The notes below the pieces were generated by a model. The model had not been told where the DNA came from, made no database searches, and saw only the letters and a program-made list of their open reading frames with translations. From Actinomycetota bacterium (GTDB lineage: Bacteria > Actinomycetota > UBA4738 > HRBIN12): DNA of 64,000 bases. Position 1 is the stretch's first letter; each line of letters begins with the position of its first letter. Position numbers and translations under genes: made by a program. The DNA is taken from contig JBDUBL010000003.1 of the NCBI GenBank assembly GCA_040004125.1, positions 8,392-72,391 on the forward strand, given 5' to 3'. Of the stretch, positions 19,527-28,796 are shown piece by piece.

Positions 19527-20579
19527 TCAGCCGGCCGCGGGCGCCTCCGGGGTCGCAGCGGCCTGCGACTCCGACTTGATGTCGATCCGCCACCCGGTGA
19601 GCCGGGCGGCGAGCCTGGCGTTCTGGCCTTCTTTCCCGATGGCCAGTGACAACTGGTAATCGGGCACGATGACCTGGGCGGTCTGTGAGTCCGGATCGAT
19701 GATCACGCGATTGACCTTGGCCGGCTGCAGCGCGTTCGCGACGAGCTCGCCGGGGTCATCGGACCACGGCACGACGTCGATCTTCTCGCCCCGAAGCTCG
19801 GTCACGACGTTGCGCACCCGCGAGCCTTTCGGCCCGACGCAGGCGCCCACCGGATCGACGGCCGGCTCGTTGGACCACACCGCGATCTTCGAACGGTGCC
19901 CGGGCTCGCGAGCCACGGCGCGGATCTCGACCACGCCGTCCTCGATCTCGGGCACCTCCATCTCGAACAGACGCTTGAGCAGGCCCGGGTGTGTACGGCT
20001 CACAACGATCTGGGGACCCTTCGCGCCACGGCGCACCTCGGTGATGTAGGCCTTGAGGCGCTCGCCGTTGCGGTGCGGCTCGGAAGGGACCTGCTCGGCC
20101 TGGGGCAGCAGCGCCTCGACCTTGCCGAGGTCCAGCAAGGTGTAGCGCCGCTCGGACTGCTGCACGATGCCGGTCACGACATCGCCTTCGCGCCCCGCGA
20201 ACTCCTCATACGTCATCTCGCGCTCGGCGTCGCGGAGCTTCTGGAAGATCACCTGCTTGGCGGTCTGCGCGCCGATCCGGCCGCGGAAGTCCTCGGTGAC
20301 GGGGACCTCCTTCTCGGTGAGGATCTTCATCTCGACGCCGTCGCCGTCTTCGGTGTCGACCTCCTCGAGCTCCTGTTGGAACATGCGCATCTCGCCGGTC
20401 TCCGCATCGATCTCAGCGCGGAAACCCACGAAGTCGTCGTCGGCGTCTGGGTGCTCCTGCTTCCAGGCCGTCTTGTAGGCGGCGGCCATCGCCTCGTCGA
20501 GGCCCTGCAAGATCGTTTCGAAGGCGATCCCCTTCTCGCGCTCCAGCTCGCGGAGCGCCGCGATCATCTCGACGTTCAT
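19527..20579 (-). CDS. nusA: Transcription termination/antitermination factor NusA
   Basis: 350 aa with S1 and two KH domains (GDVVTGIVQQ, RTHPGLLKRLFEMEVPEI, LAIGKEGQNARLAARLTGWRIDI). Confidence 0.96.
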   Translation of the reverse strand: MNVEMIAALRELEREKGIAFETILQGLDEAMAAAYKTAWKQEHPDADDDFVGFRAEIDAETGEMRMFQQELEEVDTEDGDGVEMKILTEKEVPVTEDFRGRIGAQTAKQVIFQKLRDAEREMTYEEFAGREGDVVTGIVQQSERRYTLLDLGKVEALLPQAEQVPSEPHRNGERLKAYITEVRRGAKGPQIVVSRTHPGLLKRLFEMEVPEIEDGVVEIRAVAREPGHRSKIAVWSNEPAVDPVGACVGPKGSRVRNVVTELRGEKIDVVPWSDDPGELVANALQPAKVNRVIIDPDSQTAQVIVPDYQLSLAIGKEGQNARLAARLTGWRIDIKSESQAAATPEAPAAG

Positions 20580-21052
20580 ACCTTCGTTCCCTTCAACTCA
20601 GCGCTCCAGTCGGCCACCGTGCGCGCGGACGCGATGTCCGCGAACGGCACCCTCCGCGGGACGCCGTCGACCTCCACCACGATGCCGTCCTCGTCGCTGG
20701 CAACGAGCACGCCGAGGTGCACGTTCGTTCCAGCGACGGGCTGGATCGTCGTGACCTTCACCCGCCTCCCGAGCGCCCGCGCGAAGTGCACCGACGTCCG
20801 CAGCGAACGCTCGATCCCGGGGGTACTCACCTCGAGCTCGTAGCGGGCGTCGCCGAAGTCCTCGAGGTCGAGCCGTCGGGCGATCTTCTCGGATAGCCTC
20901 GCGATCGCGTCCAAATCGAGCCCGCCGTCGCGGTCGACGGTGACGCGCAGGGTACGCCTTCCTCCGGTCCCTTCGAAGGCCACGTCGACCAACTCGACAC
21001 CCGCACCCTCGACGACCGGCCGGACCAGCGTCTCGGCGTCCACCACGACCAA
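20576..21052 (-). CDS. rimP: Ribosome maturation factor RimP
   Basis: 158-aa ORF in the conserved position, overlapping the nusA start. The track start at 21052 is TTG. GTG at 21046 or 21043, 6-9 nt after AGGGGG, is a more likely start. Confidence 0.88.
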   Translation of the reverse strand: MVVVDAETLVRPVVEGAGVELVDVAFEGTGGRRTLRVTVDRDGGLDLDAIARLSEKIARRLDLEDFGDARYELEVSTPGIERSLRTSVHFARALGRRVKVTTIQPVAGTNVHLGVLVASDEDGIVVEVDGVPRRVPFADIASARTVADWSAELKGTKV

Positions 21053-21057
21053 CCCCC

Positions 21058-21088
21058 TACGAAACGAAAGGTGGGCACGCGCCCACCT
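21058..21088 (-). terminator. Rho-independent-type terminator after the 527-aa secreted-protein gene
   Basis: On the minus strand: aggtgggc-gcgt-gcccacct (8-bp stem, 21088-21069) followed by TTCGTTTCG. It lies 60 nt after the stop at 21148 and just before rimP. Confidence 0.55.
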
Positions 21089-21147
21089 CCGGCCTTCCTG
21101 ACGACTACGTTTCCGCAGGCAGTATAGCCGACGGAGGTCGGGCGGGC

Positions 21148-22731
21148 TCAGAGATCGGCCAGCAGCGCGACGTGTTCGCGGAACGCATCGGTCGTCGCCA
21201 AGCCCTGATCATCGGCGAACGCGCCGAAGATCGCGACGTCGGCGGCGGTCACCGGATCGCGGTTGGCGGCGCTGAAGTCCCCCCATCGCTCGACCCCCGG
21301 ACCGAACTCGTAGCGGGCACCGCCAGGGGCGATCAGCGCCGCCTGCGACGCCGTCCCCGTGCCCGCGGGGACGGTGGCAGCCCAGATCCCGAGGCATTCG
21401 CTCGAACCCGCGCGCGCATAGGCGATGAAGAGGGTGCCGGCGTCGTTCGTGGCAACAGCGGGCCAGGCCGCGTCGTGGTTGGCGGCACCGACCGTGCCCT
21501 CCCGGAGCACCCGGGAATGCGCGAGCCGGCCTCTGGGAGCTGTCTCGTACCACCGGATCACGGACTCCGGCGGTCCCGCGCCCGCGTTGCCGGCGACCGA
21601 CGTCGCCGTGTAAAGGCGATTCGTCGAAGCGTCGTAGAACGCAGATGTGAGGCGCACGTCACCGGTGTCCCACCACGTGTTGGCGCTCGCCGTGCTGCCG
21701 CATTGATACCCGTACGGCGGCAGCCGCACGCGGGTGACGGCCTTCGCGGTGCGGTCGGCCCGGAGCTGGCCGCCGACGATCCGTAGCCGCCACACGACGA
21801 GCTTGGCCGACGTCGTCGTGGCCTCGAGCGAGGTGAGGAACTGATCGGTCGGCGCGCCACCCACGGATTGCGCGGCCTGCAACGTGAACGCCTTGGACCC
21901 GTCGGGGTTCTTCGTGCGCGCGCCGCCGAGCACCTTGATCGGCACGGTCTTCGTACACGTCGGGTCGTTGTAGAGGGCGGCCTTGGGCATCGAGATCACC
22001 TGGGCGTATCGGAACGGACCATTGTTGAAGCCGAAGTTGTTCGTGGTCACAACGACGCGGTTGGCCGTGAACCCCACGCTCGGGTAGTCGGCGAACTCGT
22101 GCGTGCCGTTGTGGACCTGATCGCCGACCATATGCGTACGGCACCACGTGCTCGTGTCCTCGGCCGTTGCCGAGGGGATCGTGACGACCTCGATGTAGCC
22201 TTGGGAGGAGTCATACACGAGAAACGTCAACACGAAGACGTCGTCGTATGCGTCATAGACCACCTTGGGGTCGGTCTCCGTCAAACCTGAGAGCTGGCTG
22301 CTCATCGACCGGAGGCGGAGCGGAGCCAGCAGCTGGGCCCCGATTCGGTCGTACACACCCACGCGCACGTTCACGGCCGCCACGACTCGGGTCGGCCCGG
22401 TCGCCCCCGTCGGGTCGCCCGGGCTCGTGAGTGGGTTCGGGCCCATCAGATCGGCGTCCAGCCCATCAGCCACCGGTGTGCGCGTGCCGAGCCTCGCGGG
22501 GGCGGATCGAGGTGCCGGACGGGTCGCGCGCGGCCACGCCGCCGCGGGCCCCGCGCCATCGTGGCGAACCGCGGTCGCTCGGGTCTGCGCGGGCCTGCTC
22601 GCGCGGCCGGCCGATCGCCAGGGCACGTTCGCGATCCGGTCGGCGGCCGGCCGCTCGGCTCCCGCGGAGATCGGCGCGGTAGCGATGGCGGCCAGCAGAA
22701 ACAGGGCGATCACGGCGGTCAGACGGCGCAT
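21148..22731 (-). CDS. Secreted protein of unknown function
   Basis: Trimmed from track ORF 21148-23004 to ATG 22731. MRRLTAVIALFLLAAIATAPISAGA is a signal peptide. An Arg/Pro/Ala-rich linker is followed by a ~400-aa beta-rich domain. I recognise no motif. Confidence 0.65.
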   Translation of the reverse strand: MRRLTAVIALFLLAAIATAPISAGAERPAADRIANVPWRSAGRASRPAQTRATAVRHDGAGPAAAWPRATRPAPRSAPARLGTRTPVADGLDADLMGPNPLTSPGDPTGATGPTRVVAAVNVRVGVYDRIGAQLLAPLRLRSMSSQLSGLTETDPKVVYDAYDDVFVLTFLVYDSSQGYIEVVTIPSATAEDTSTWCRTHMVGDQVHNGTHEFADYPSVGFTANRVVVTTNNFGFNNGPFRYAQVISMPKAALYNDPTCTKTVPIKVLGGARTKNPDGSKAFTLQAAQSVGGAPTDQFLTSLEATTTSAKLVVWRLRIVGGQLRADRTAKAVTRVRLPPYGYQCGSTASANTWWDTGDVRLTSAFYDASTNRLYTATSVAGNAGAGPPESVIRWYETAPRGRLAHSRVLREGTVGAANHDAAWPAVATNDAGTLFIAYARAGSSECLGIWAATVPAGTGTASQAALIAPGGARYEFGPGVERWGDFSAANRDPVTAADVAIFGAFADDQGLATTDAFREHVALLADL

Positions 22732-22795
22732 CGCTGCACCGTACCAGCCCCGTCGTTGACGCCGGCGAACCGCGCATGCGACCATCCCGCCCCTG

Positions 22796-22864
22796 ATGGC
22801 GATGCAGGCAGCGACCTGGTGGTGGCGCTCGGGCTCGTGGAGCCCGGCGCCGCCGTGCGCCTGA
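22796..22864 (+). CDS. trpL: trp operon leader peptide (22 codons, MAMQAATWWWRSGSWSPAPPCA)
   Basis: Three consecutive TGG codons at 22817-22825 and a fourth at 22838-22840, with stop TGA at 22862-22864. It lies 80-150 nt upstream of trpE and is followed by a terminator hairpin. Confidence 0.8.
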   Translation: MAMQAATWWWRSGSWSPAPPCA

Positions 22865-22891
22865 CGCGATCGCCCTCGAGCATCGCCCCAC

Positions 22892-22928
22892 GAGCCTCGG
22901 ACCAGCGGTCCGGGGCTCACGTCTTTCC
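22892..22928 (+). terminator. trp attenuator terminator hairpin
   Basis: gagcctcggacc-agc-ggtccggggctc (12-bp stem with one G-U pair) followed by acgTCTTTcc. The left arm overlaps ccacgagcc (22888-22896), which is complementary to ggctcgtgg (22832-22840) inside the leader ORF and is a candidate antiterminator pairing. Confidence 0.65.
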
Positions 22929-22945
22929 GAGACCCGTACGAGAGG

Positions 22946-24439
22946 ATGGACGCTATGACCGCCCGCCTGCAGATCCACCCGGACCGCACGAGCTTCGACC
23001 GCATGGCGGCTGAGTGGCCGCTCGTCCCGGTGTGGGCGGAGCTACTCGCCGACGTGGGGACCCCGGTCGGGTTGTTCCCCGCGATCGCCGGCGATGGGCC
23101 GGGGCTGCTGCTCGAGTCGGTCGAGCGATCGGAGCGTTGGGGCCGCTACTCCTTCATCGCCGGGGATCCCGCGGCGATCCTGGTGGTCGATGACGATGGT
23201 TTGCACCTACGCGACGTCGTGCGCCAGCTGCCGATCGGGGAGCCCTCACGGCGTTTGTCGCCGCGCGAGGCGCTCCGCGTCGCGGTCAACGGGCTGAAGG
23301 CGCCGCGTCTGGAGGGGCTGCCGCCGATCACGGGCGGGCTGATGGGCTACGCCAGCTATGAGGCCGCGACCTTGCTCGACGGTCACCCCGCACCCCACGC
23401 CCCCGAAGCCTCCGTCCCGCCGATCGGCCTGCTCCTGATCGATCGCGCGGTGGTCTTCGACCACTGGCGACAGCGGCTCGTGCTGATGGCGCACGCGCAA
23501 GGCGGCGGATACGACGAGGCGATCGCTGCGCTCGATGCGCTCGCCGCGAAGGTTGCGTCGGCGACCCCGTTGCCCCTGCTGAGCGCGGCCGCAGGGTCGG
23601 AGGCGACCGGTGAGCCCAACATGACCGACGAGGCCTACCGAGACATCGTGGCCAGCTTCCAGGAGCACATCCTTGCCGGGGACATCTTCCAGGGCGTGCC
23701 CTCTCGGCGCGTCTCGTTTCCGGCGCCCGAAGGCGGCCTCCCGATCTACCGACGTCTACGGGTCTCGAACCCGGCGCCATACATGTTCTATCTGCGGGCG
23801 CTCGGCATAGAGCTGGCCGGCTCCTCCCCCGAACCCCTCGTGCGGGTCGAGGGGCGACGCGTGCTTGCCCGACCCATCGCCGGCACCCGCCCCCGCGGAC
23901 GCACCGAGGTGCGCGACCGACTGCTCGAGCACGAGTTGCTGGCCGATCCCAAGGAGCAGGCCGAGCACGCGATGCTCGTCGATCTGGCGCGCAACGACCT
24001 CGGGCGCGTCTGCGTGCCCGGGAGCGTGCGACCCACCGAGCTGATGGAGGTCGAGCGCTTCTCAACGGTGATGCACATCGTCTCGACGGTAGAGGGCGAT
24101 CTTCGCCCCGACATGGAGCCCTTCGACGCCCTGGCGGTCACGTTCCCGGCGGGCACCGTGACCGGCGCACCGAAACGCCGGGCGATGGAGCTGATCGCCG
24201 AGCACGAGCCCACGCCGCGCGGGCCCTATGCCGGCGCGGTCGGCTATCTCACGTTCGCGGGCGATCTCGACTTCTGCATCACGATCCGCACGGCGGTGAT
24301 CACCGACGGACGGGTGAGCATCCAAGCAGGCGCGGGGGTCGTCGCCGACTCCGATCCCGAGACCGAGCTGCGCGAGACCAAGGCCAAGGCCGCCGGGCTG
24401 TTGCCCGCGGTCGCCCCGGACACGGAGGCACACGCATGA
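22946..24439 (+). CDS. trpE: Anthranilate synthase component I
   Basis: 497 aa with chorismate-binding family motifs (LLESVERSERWGRYSF, PSRRVSF, GAVGYLTFAGDLDFCITIRT). The second ATG at 22955 has better spacing to GAGAGGA (22939-22945) and may be the true start. Confidence 0.93.
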   Translation: MDAMTARLQIHPDRTSFDRMAAEWPLVPVWAELLADVGTPVGLFPAIAGDGPGLLLESVERSERWGRYSFIAGDPAAILVVDDDGLHLRDVVRQLPIGEPSRRLSPREALRVAVNGLKAPRLEGLPPITGGLMGYASYEAATLLDGHPAPHAPEASVPPIGLLLIDRAVVFDHWRQRLVLMAHAQGGGYDEAIAALDALAAKVASATPLPLLSAAAGSEATGEPNMTDEAYRDIVASFQEHILAGDIFQGVPSRRVSFPAPEGGLPIYRRLRVSNPAPYMFYLRALGIELAGSSPEPLVRVEGRRVLARPIAGTRPRGRTEVRDRLLEHELLADPKEQAEHAMLVDLARNDLGRVCVPGSVRPTELMEVERFSTVMHIVSTVEGDLRPDMEPFDALAVTFPAGTVTGAPKRRAMELIAEHEPTPRGPYAGAVGYLTFAGDLDFCITIRTAVITDGRVSIQAGAGVVADSDPETELRETKAKAAGLLPAVAPDTEAHA

Positions 24440-25002
24440 TCCTGGTCGTCGACCATTACGACTCCTTCACCTACAACCTCGTGCAACTGATCGAAAGCCT
24501 GGGGCGCTCGACCGTCGTCGTGAAGTCCGATGAGAAGCCGGCCGAGGAACTGGTGCGCCTGAAGCCCGACGGCGTTGTGCTGTCGCCGGGCCCGGGTCAC
24601 CCACGAGATGCCGGGTGCTTCCCCACGCTGCTGGAGCAGCTCCCCGTGACCACGCCGGTGTTGGGCGTGTGTCTCGGCCACCAGGCCATCGGCCTGCAAG
24701 CCGGCGCCACGGTCGATCGCGCAGCGCCGATGCACGGCAAGGCCTCGTTCATCTATCACGAAGGCCGAGGCATCCTCGAAGGGGTGAGCATGCCGTTCGA
24801 AGCCGGGCGATACCACTCGTTGGTCGTCGAGCGCGACGACCTGCCCGCCGAGCTCGAGCTCACCGCCTGGACCGAAGACGGCCTCGTGATGGGTACGCAG
24901 CATCGCGAGCTGCCTCGCTTCGGGGTCCAGTTCCATCCCGAGAGCATCCTAACTCCCGAAGGGCCGCGGATCGTCGAGAACTTCCTCGCGCTCGCCCGCT
25001 AG
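24436..25002 (+). CDS. trpG: Anthranilate synthase component II (glutamine amidotransferase, TrpG/PabA type)
   Basis: 188 aa with MILVVDHYDSFTYNLVQ, the catalytic GVCLGHQ and FHPES motifs. It overlaps trpE by 4 nt. Confidence 0.93.
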   Translation: MILVVDHYDSFTYNLVQLIESLGRSTVVVKSDEKPAEELVRLKPDGVVLSPGPGHPRDAGCFPTLLEQLPVTTPVLGVCLGHQAIGLQAGATVDRAAPMHGKASFIYHEGRGILEGVSMPFEAGRYHSLVVERDDLPAELELTAWTEDGLVMGTQHRELPRFGVQFHPESILTPEGPRIVENFLALAR

Positions 25003-25004
25003 CC

Positions 25005-25973
25005 TCAGGCCGCGGGACAGCCGGGGCCGTAGGCGAACGCACCGCTGTTGGGTGCGACGCGGCAGGCGTGTTCATCCACCGCCACGAAGGCCTTGGCGGG
25101 GATCCGCTTGAGCTGGTCGACGAACGCGTAGGTCCAACGCGGGTCGACCGTCCCTTGGAAGTACCAGTCGCTCCCGTTATCGGCCACGATCAGCCCGTAG
25201 TGCTTCATCGCGCGGATCACGATGCGCGCGTTCGCGCTGAACCGGCTCGCGTCGAACCCGGCCTTCAGCCGGAACCGGGCACCCATCGGCGGACAGCGAC
25301 GGTCCTTCACGCCCGCCTCATGACGCGCAGGCCAGAGATAGGCGTCGGTCGTGCAGGCGGCGGTGACTCGGATCGCATGGTCGACGTTGCCGGAAGCCAC
25401 CTCGTCATGGCGCAGCAGTCCCGGGTAGATCGGCAAGCCGGCGGCGTCGGCGCTGGTCCAGCCGGCCGGGCGCAGCGCGTTGGAGGTCAGGTCGAAGATC
25501 GCGCCCGAGCCCGCCTTCGGGTTCCCGCCGTTCCACCGCGCGGCGAAGAGCTCATAGAGGGCGCACGTGTCGCGGTCGACCATGATCGCGTGGCGATCGG
25601 ACCCGCCCTCGATGTGCGTATCGGCGCCGAAGGGGTACGGGCCCAGGTCGCTTTCGCTCGCGTAGGTGAAGTCGACGCCGACGCCCGGGTGCGCGGCGTC
25701 CACCACATCGAACGGGATGCCGTAGGACGGCGGCCCGAAGTCCGGATGCAGGAACGTCCTACGGGCGTGCATCGCCTTCTTCCAGACATCCGACTTGGCG
25801 TGTGCCGGAAGCTTCGAGACATCGAGGTGCCAGACGTTGGAGGCCGGGAAGACATCGCACGTGGTCCCGGGAACCGGGGTCGCCGGTGCGGGCGGCGCGG
25901 CGAGAACGAGCACCGCCAGGCACCCCGCGATCGCCGTCACCCGTATCACCCGCATCCTCCGAGTCATCGGCAT
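25005..25973 (-). CDS. Secreted protein of unknown function
   Basis: 322 aa with a signal peptide (MRVIRVTAIAGCLAVLVLAAPPAPA) and conserved-looking Cys pairs. High G/C at third codon positions. No motif I can name. Confidence 0.65.
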   Translation of the reverse strand: MPMTRRMRVIRVTAIAGCLAVLVLAAPPAPATPVPGTTCDVFPASNVWHLDVSKLPAHAKSDVWKKAMHARRTFLHPDFGPPSYGIPFDVVDAAHPGVGVDFTYASESDLGPYPFGADTHIEGGSDRHAIMVDRDTCALYELFAARWNGGNPKAGSGAIFDLTSNALRPAGWTSADAAGLPIYPGLLRHDEVASGNVDHAIRVTAACTTDAYLWPARHEAGVKDRRCPPMGARFRLKAGFDASRFSANARIVIRAMKHYGLIVADNGSDWYFQGTVDPRWTYAFVDQLKRIPAKAFVAVDEHACRVAPNSGAFAYGPGCPAA

Positions 25974-25999
25974 CCGCGACCGCTACGGTTGAGCCCGAC

Positions 26000-27235
26000 A
26001 TGGCCCATACCCCCGCCGAGCGCGCCGGCTTCCTGCAGCAGCCCTCGACCGCGGTGCTGAGCGGTCTCGTCGCGATCCACCTGCTCGTGCTTGTCGTGAT
26101 CGTCGCGCGGGCGAGCTCACTGGCCCCTGGGGACGCCGACGTGGCACGGGCCAACCGCATCGCGACATCCCCGGCGATCGCCTACCGGAACTTCCCCGTG
26201 GAGTACATGCCGTTGCAGACGCTGTTCGATCGGACGCTCGCGGACGGCGACATCGCTGCGGCCGGGGTGCGGATCGCGATGGTCGCGTTCCTTGCCGATA
26301 TGGCGGCCGCCGTCGCGATGGCGTGGGGCTGGGGACGGCGACACGCCGTCACGTACCTGCTGCTCGGCTTCCCGCTGCTTTCATTCCTCTACCTGCGTTT
26401 CGATCTGGTCGCGGTCGCGCTCACCGCCTGGTCGCTGGCGCTCCTGCACCGGCGCCGGGAGGAACTAGGCGGGGCCGCGCTCGGCCTCGCGGTGATGGCC
26501 AAGCTGTGGCCGTTGGTGGTCCTGGTGCCGATCTTCGTGTTCCGAAAGGCGCGTCGGGCACTCGTCGTCGGTGTCGTCGTGTGTCTCGCGATCGGTGCGT
26601 GGTGGTACCTGACCGGCGGGCCAAAGGCGCCCTTCCAGGTGGTGTCGTTCCGCGGCACACGTGGATGGCACGTCGAAAGCGTCGTTGGCAGCGTGCTCTG
26701 GGCTCTCGGCCGTGGGGTCCCCTACCGCGAGGCCGACGCGATCCGGATCGGCCACGCGGCGCTGGCGGCCAAGGCGCTGCTGTTCCTCGGCCTGCTCGCC
26801 GTCGAGGGCCTGATCTGGCGTCGCGCGTCACGCGACGGGCGCGACCCCGCGGGCGCGGCCGCCCTCGCATCCGTCGCCGCGCTCGCCGTCTTCTCACCGC
26901 TGTTCTCGCTGCAGATGGCAGCGTGGCTCCTGCCGTTCGCGGCGCTGGCCCTCGATGGCGATCACGACGAGCGCCACACCGCCGGGGTCGCGACGGTGGC
27001 CGTGATCCTCACGGGGCTCGTCGCGCTCGTCTGGCGCGACCAGACCTCCACCCCGGCGAGTTGGGTCGCGTGGCTTGTGGTCGCCCGAAACCTCGTGTGG
27101 ATCGACATCGTGGTGTCGTGGCTGCGGATCAAACCGCTGCCGGTTCCCACGGACCCGGCGGAGGTCCCGCGGAGACGGGCCGCCGACGCCGCGACCGAGG
27201 GCCTCGAAACGGTGCTCCCGTTCGACGCGGAGTGA
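26000..27235 (+). CDS. Polytopic membrane protein, GT-C / DUF2029 (GT87-like) glycosyltransferase candidate
   Basis: Trimmed to ATG 26000 (MAHTPAERAGF...). About 10 hydrophobic segments. The first loop carries YRNFPVEYMPL, which resembles the DUF2029/GT87 motif (y-x-d-F-x-yeYPP). Confidence 0.6.
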   Translation: MAHTPAERAGFLQQPSTAVLSGLVAIHLLVLVVIVARASSLAPGDADVARANRIATSPAIAYRNFPVEYMPLQTLFDRTLADGDIAAAGVRIAMVAFLADMAAAVAMAWGWGRRHAVTYLLLGFPLLSFLYLRFDLVAVALTAWSLALLHRRREELGGAALGLAVMAKLWPLVVLVPIFVFRKARRALVVGVVVCLAIGAWWYLTGGPKAPFQVVSFRGTRGWHVESVVGSVLWALGRGVPYREADAIRIGHAALAAKALLFLGLLAVEGLIWRRASRDGRDPAGAAALASVAALAVFSPLFSLQMAAWLLPFAALALDGDHDERHTAGVATVAVILTGLVALVWRDQTSTPASWVAWLVVARNLVWIDIVVSWLRIKPLPVPTDPAEVPRRRAADAATEGLETVLPFDAE

Positions 27236-27236
27236 C

Positions 27237-28322
27237 TCAGACGGCGGCGGCGGCTTTCTCGGCGGCGACCTTGCGCGCCTCCACGAGCAGAGCGTCGACC
27301 AGCTCATCCTCCGGCACTTTGGCGACCGCTTCGCCGCCTCGGATGATGAACCCGAGCCCATTGCCGCTGGCGATGCCGACGTCGGCCTCGCGGGCCTCGC
27401 CGGGCCCGTTCACGACGCAGCCCATAACCGCGACACGCATCGGCACGTCGAACTTCTCGGCCTCGATCGCCGCCTCGACTTTCTTGGTGAGCTCCAAGAC
27501 GTTGACCTCGGCGCGGCCGCACGAGGGACACGCGACGAGATCCAACCCCCGCTCGCGAAGGCCAAGGGACTGCAGGATCGCGTTGCCGACCTTCACCTCC
27601 TCGACCGGATCGTCGGTGAGCGAGACGCGGATCGTGTCCCCGATTCCCTCGGCCAACAACGTGCCGATCCCGACCGCGGACTTGACGCCGCCCATCGGCA
27701 TGGGTCCGGCCTCGGTCACCCCGAGGTGCAGCGGGTAGTCGCACTGTTCGGCCAGCTGCCGATACGCCTCGATCATCACCGCCGCGCTCGAATGCTTCAC
27801 GCTGATCTTGATGTCGAAGAAGTCTTCCTCCTCCAAGATGCGCGCCTCGTTCATCGCGGACTCGACGAGCGCTTCGGCCCTCGGGGCGCCGTGCTTCGCC
27901 AACAGTTCCTTCTCCAGCGACCCGGCGTTGACCCCGATGCGGATCGGGACGCCGCGGTCCTTAGCCTCGCGAGCGATCAGGCGCACCTTGTCCTGGTACT
28001 TGATGTTGCCGGGGTTGATCCGCAGGCCCTGGATGCCCGCCTCGAGCGCGGCCATCGCGTACTTCCACTGGAAATGGATGTCGGCGACCACCGGCACGGT
28101 CGACTTCGCGGCGATCGCGACCAGTGCCTCGGCGTCTTCCCAATGGGGCACGGCCACCCGGACGATGTCGACGCCGGTGGCCACGAGCGAGGCGATCTGC
28201 TGCAGCGTGGCGTTGACGTCGGCGGTCTTGGTGGTCGTCATGGATTGGATCGAGACGGGTGCGTCGCCGCCGATCGCCACGCGACCGAGTTGGAGCTGCC
28301 GGGTCTTGCGCCGTTGCATCAT
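27237..28322 (-). CDS. ispG: 4-hydroxy-3-methylbut-2-enyl diphosphate synthase
   Basis: 361 aa with typical GcpE sequence ([42 protein letters not shown]). Confidence 0.95.
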   Translation of the reverse strand: MMQRRKTRQLQLGRVAIGGDAPVSIQSMTTTKTADVNATLQQIASLVATGVDIVRVAVPHWEDAEALVAIAAKSTVPVVADIHFQWKYAMAALEAGIQGLRINPGNIKYQDKVRLIAREAKDRGVPIRIGVNAGSLEKELLAKHGAPRAEALVESAMNEARILEEEDFFDIKISVKHSSAAVMIEAYRQLAEQCDYPLHLGVTEAGPMPMGGVKSAVGIGTLLAEGIGDTIRVSLTDDPVEEVKVGNAILQSLGLRERGLDLVACPSCGRAEVNVLELTKKVEAAIEAEKFDVPMRVAVMGCVVNGPGEAREADVGIASGNGLGFIIRGGEAVAKVPEDELVDALLVEARKVAAEKAAAAV

Positions 28323-28346
28323 CCGACAGTCTCCCAGGGCGTGTCG

Positions 28347-28796
28347 TTACGAGCCAAACACGTGGAACGTGACGGTGCGATCCTTCGGCTCGTCCATCTC
28401 GAAGAAGATCAGCCGCTGCCAGGTTCCGAACGCGGGCTCGCCGGCGGCGACCGGGATCGCGTGCGACGTCGCCGACAACAGCATCGCCTTCACATGAGCG
28501 TGGCCGTTCTTGCGCTCGTCATCGTGCATGTTCTGCGTGCGGATATCGAAGTCGTCGTGCTGGTAGTAGACGCCCTCATGCGGGATCGCGGAGTTCAGGT
28601 GCCGTCGGAAGTCCGCGAGCGCGCCGTCCTCCCACTCGTTGATCAGCAGCGCACAGGTGGTGTGCGCACAGAACGCAACGACCATGCCGTCGGTCACGCC
28701 CGCATCCTTGACGGCACGGCGCAGTTCATCGGTCAGGTCGAGGTACTCGTAGCGGCCGTCGGCGACGACGGTCACGGCGGTGGTGGCGGAGATCAC
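28347..28796 (-). CDS. YjbQ/UPF0047 family protein (secondary thiamine-phosphate synthase-like)
   Basis: 149 aa with HTTCALLINEWEDG and NGHAHVKAMLL motifs. Its GTG start overlaps the stop of the kinase gene (GTGA). Confidence 0.8.
   Translation of the reverse strand: MISATTAVTVVADGRYEYLDLTDELRRAVKDAGVTDGMVVAFCAHTTCALLINEWEDGALADFRRHLNSAIPHEGVYYQHDDFDIRTQNMHDDERKNGHAHVKAMLLSATSHAIPVAAGEPAFGTWQRLIFFEMDEPKDRTVTFHVFGS

Noticed and set aside
22776-22796. 6-codon mini-ORF (MRPSRP) whose stop overlaps the trpL start (TGATG)
   Set aside because: It is too short, has no Trp codons and has no ribosome-binding site. It is probably fortuitous, though it could matter if the transcript is leaderless.
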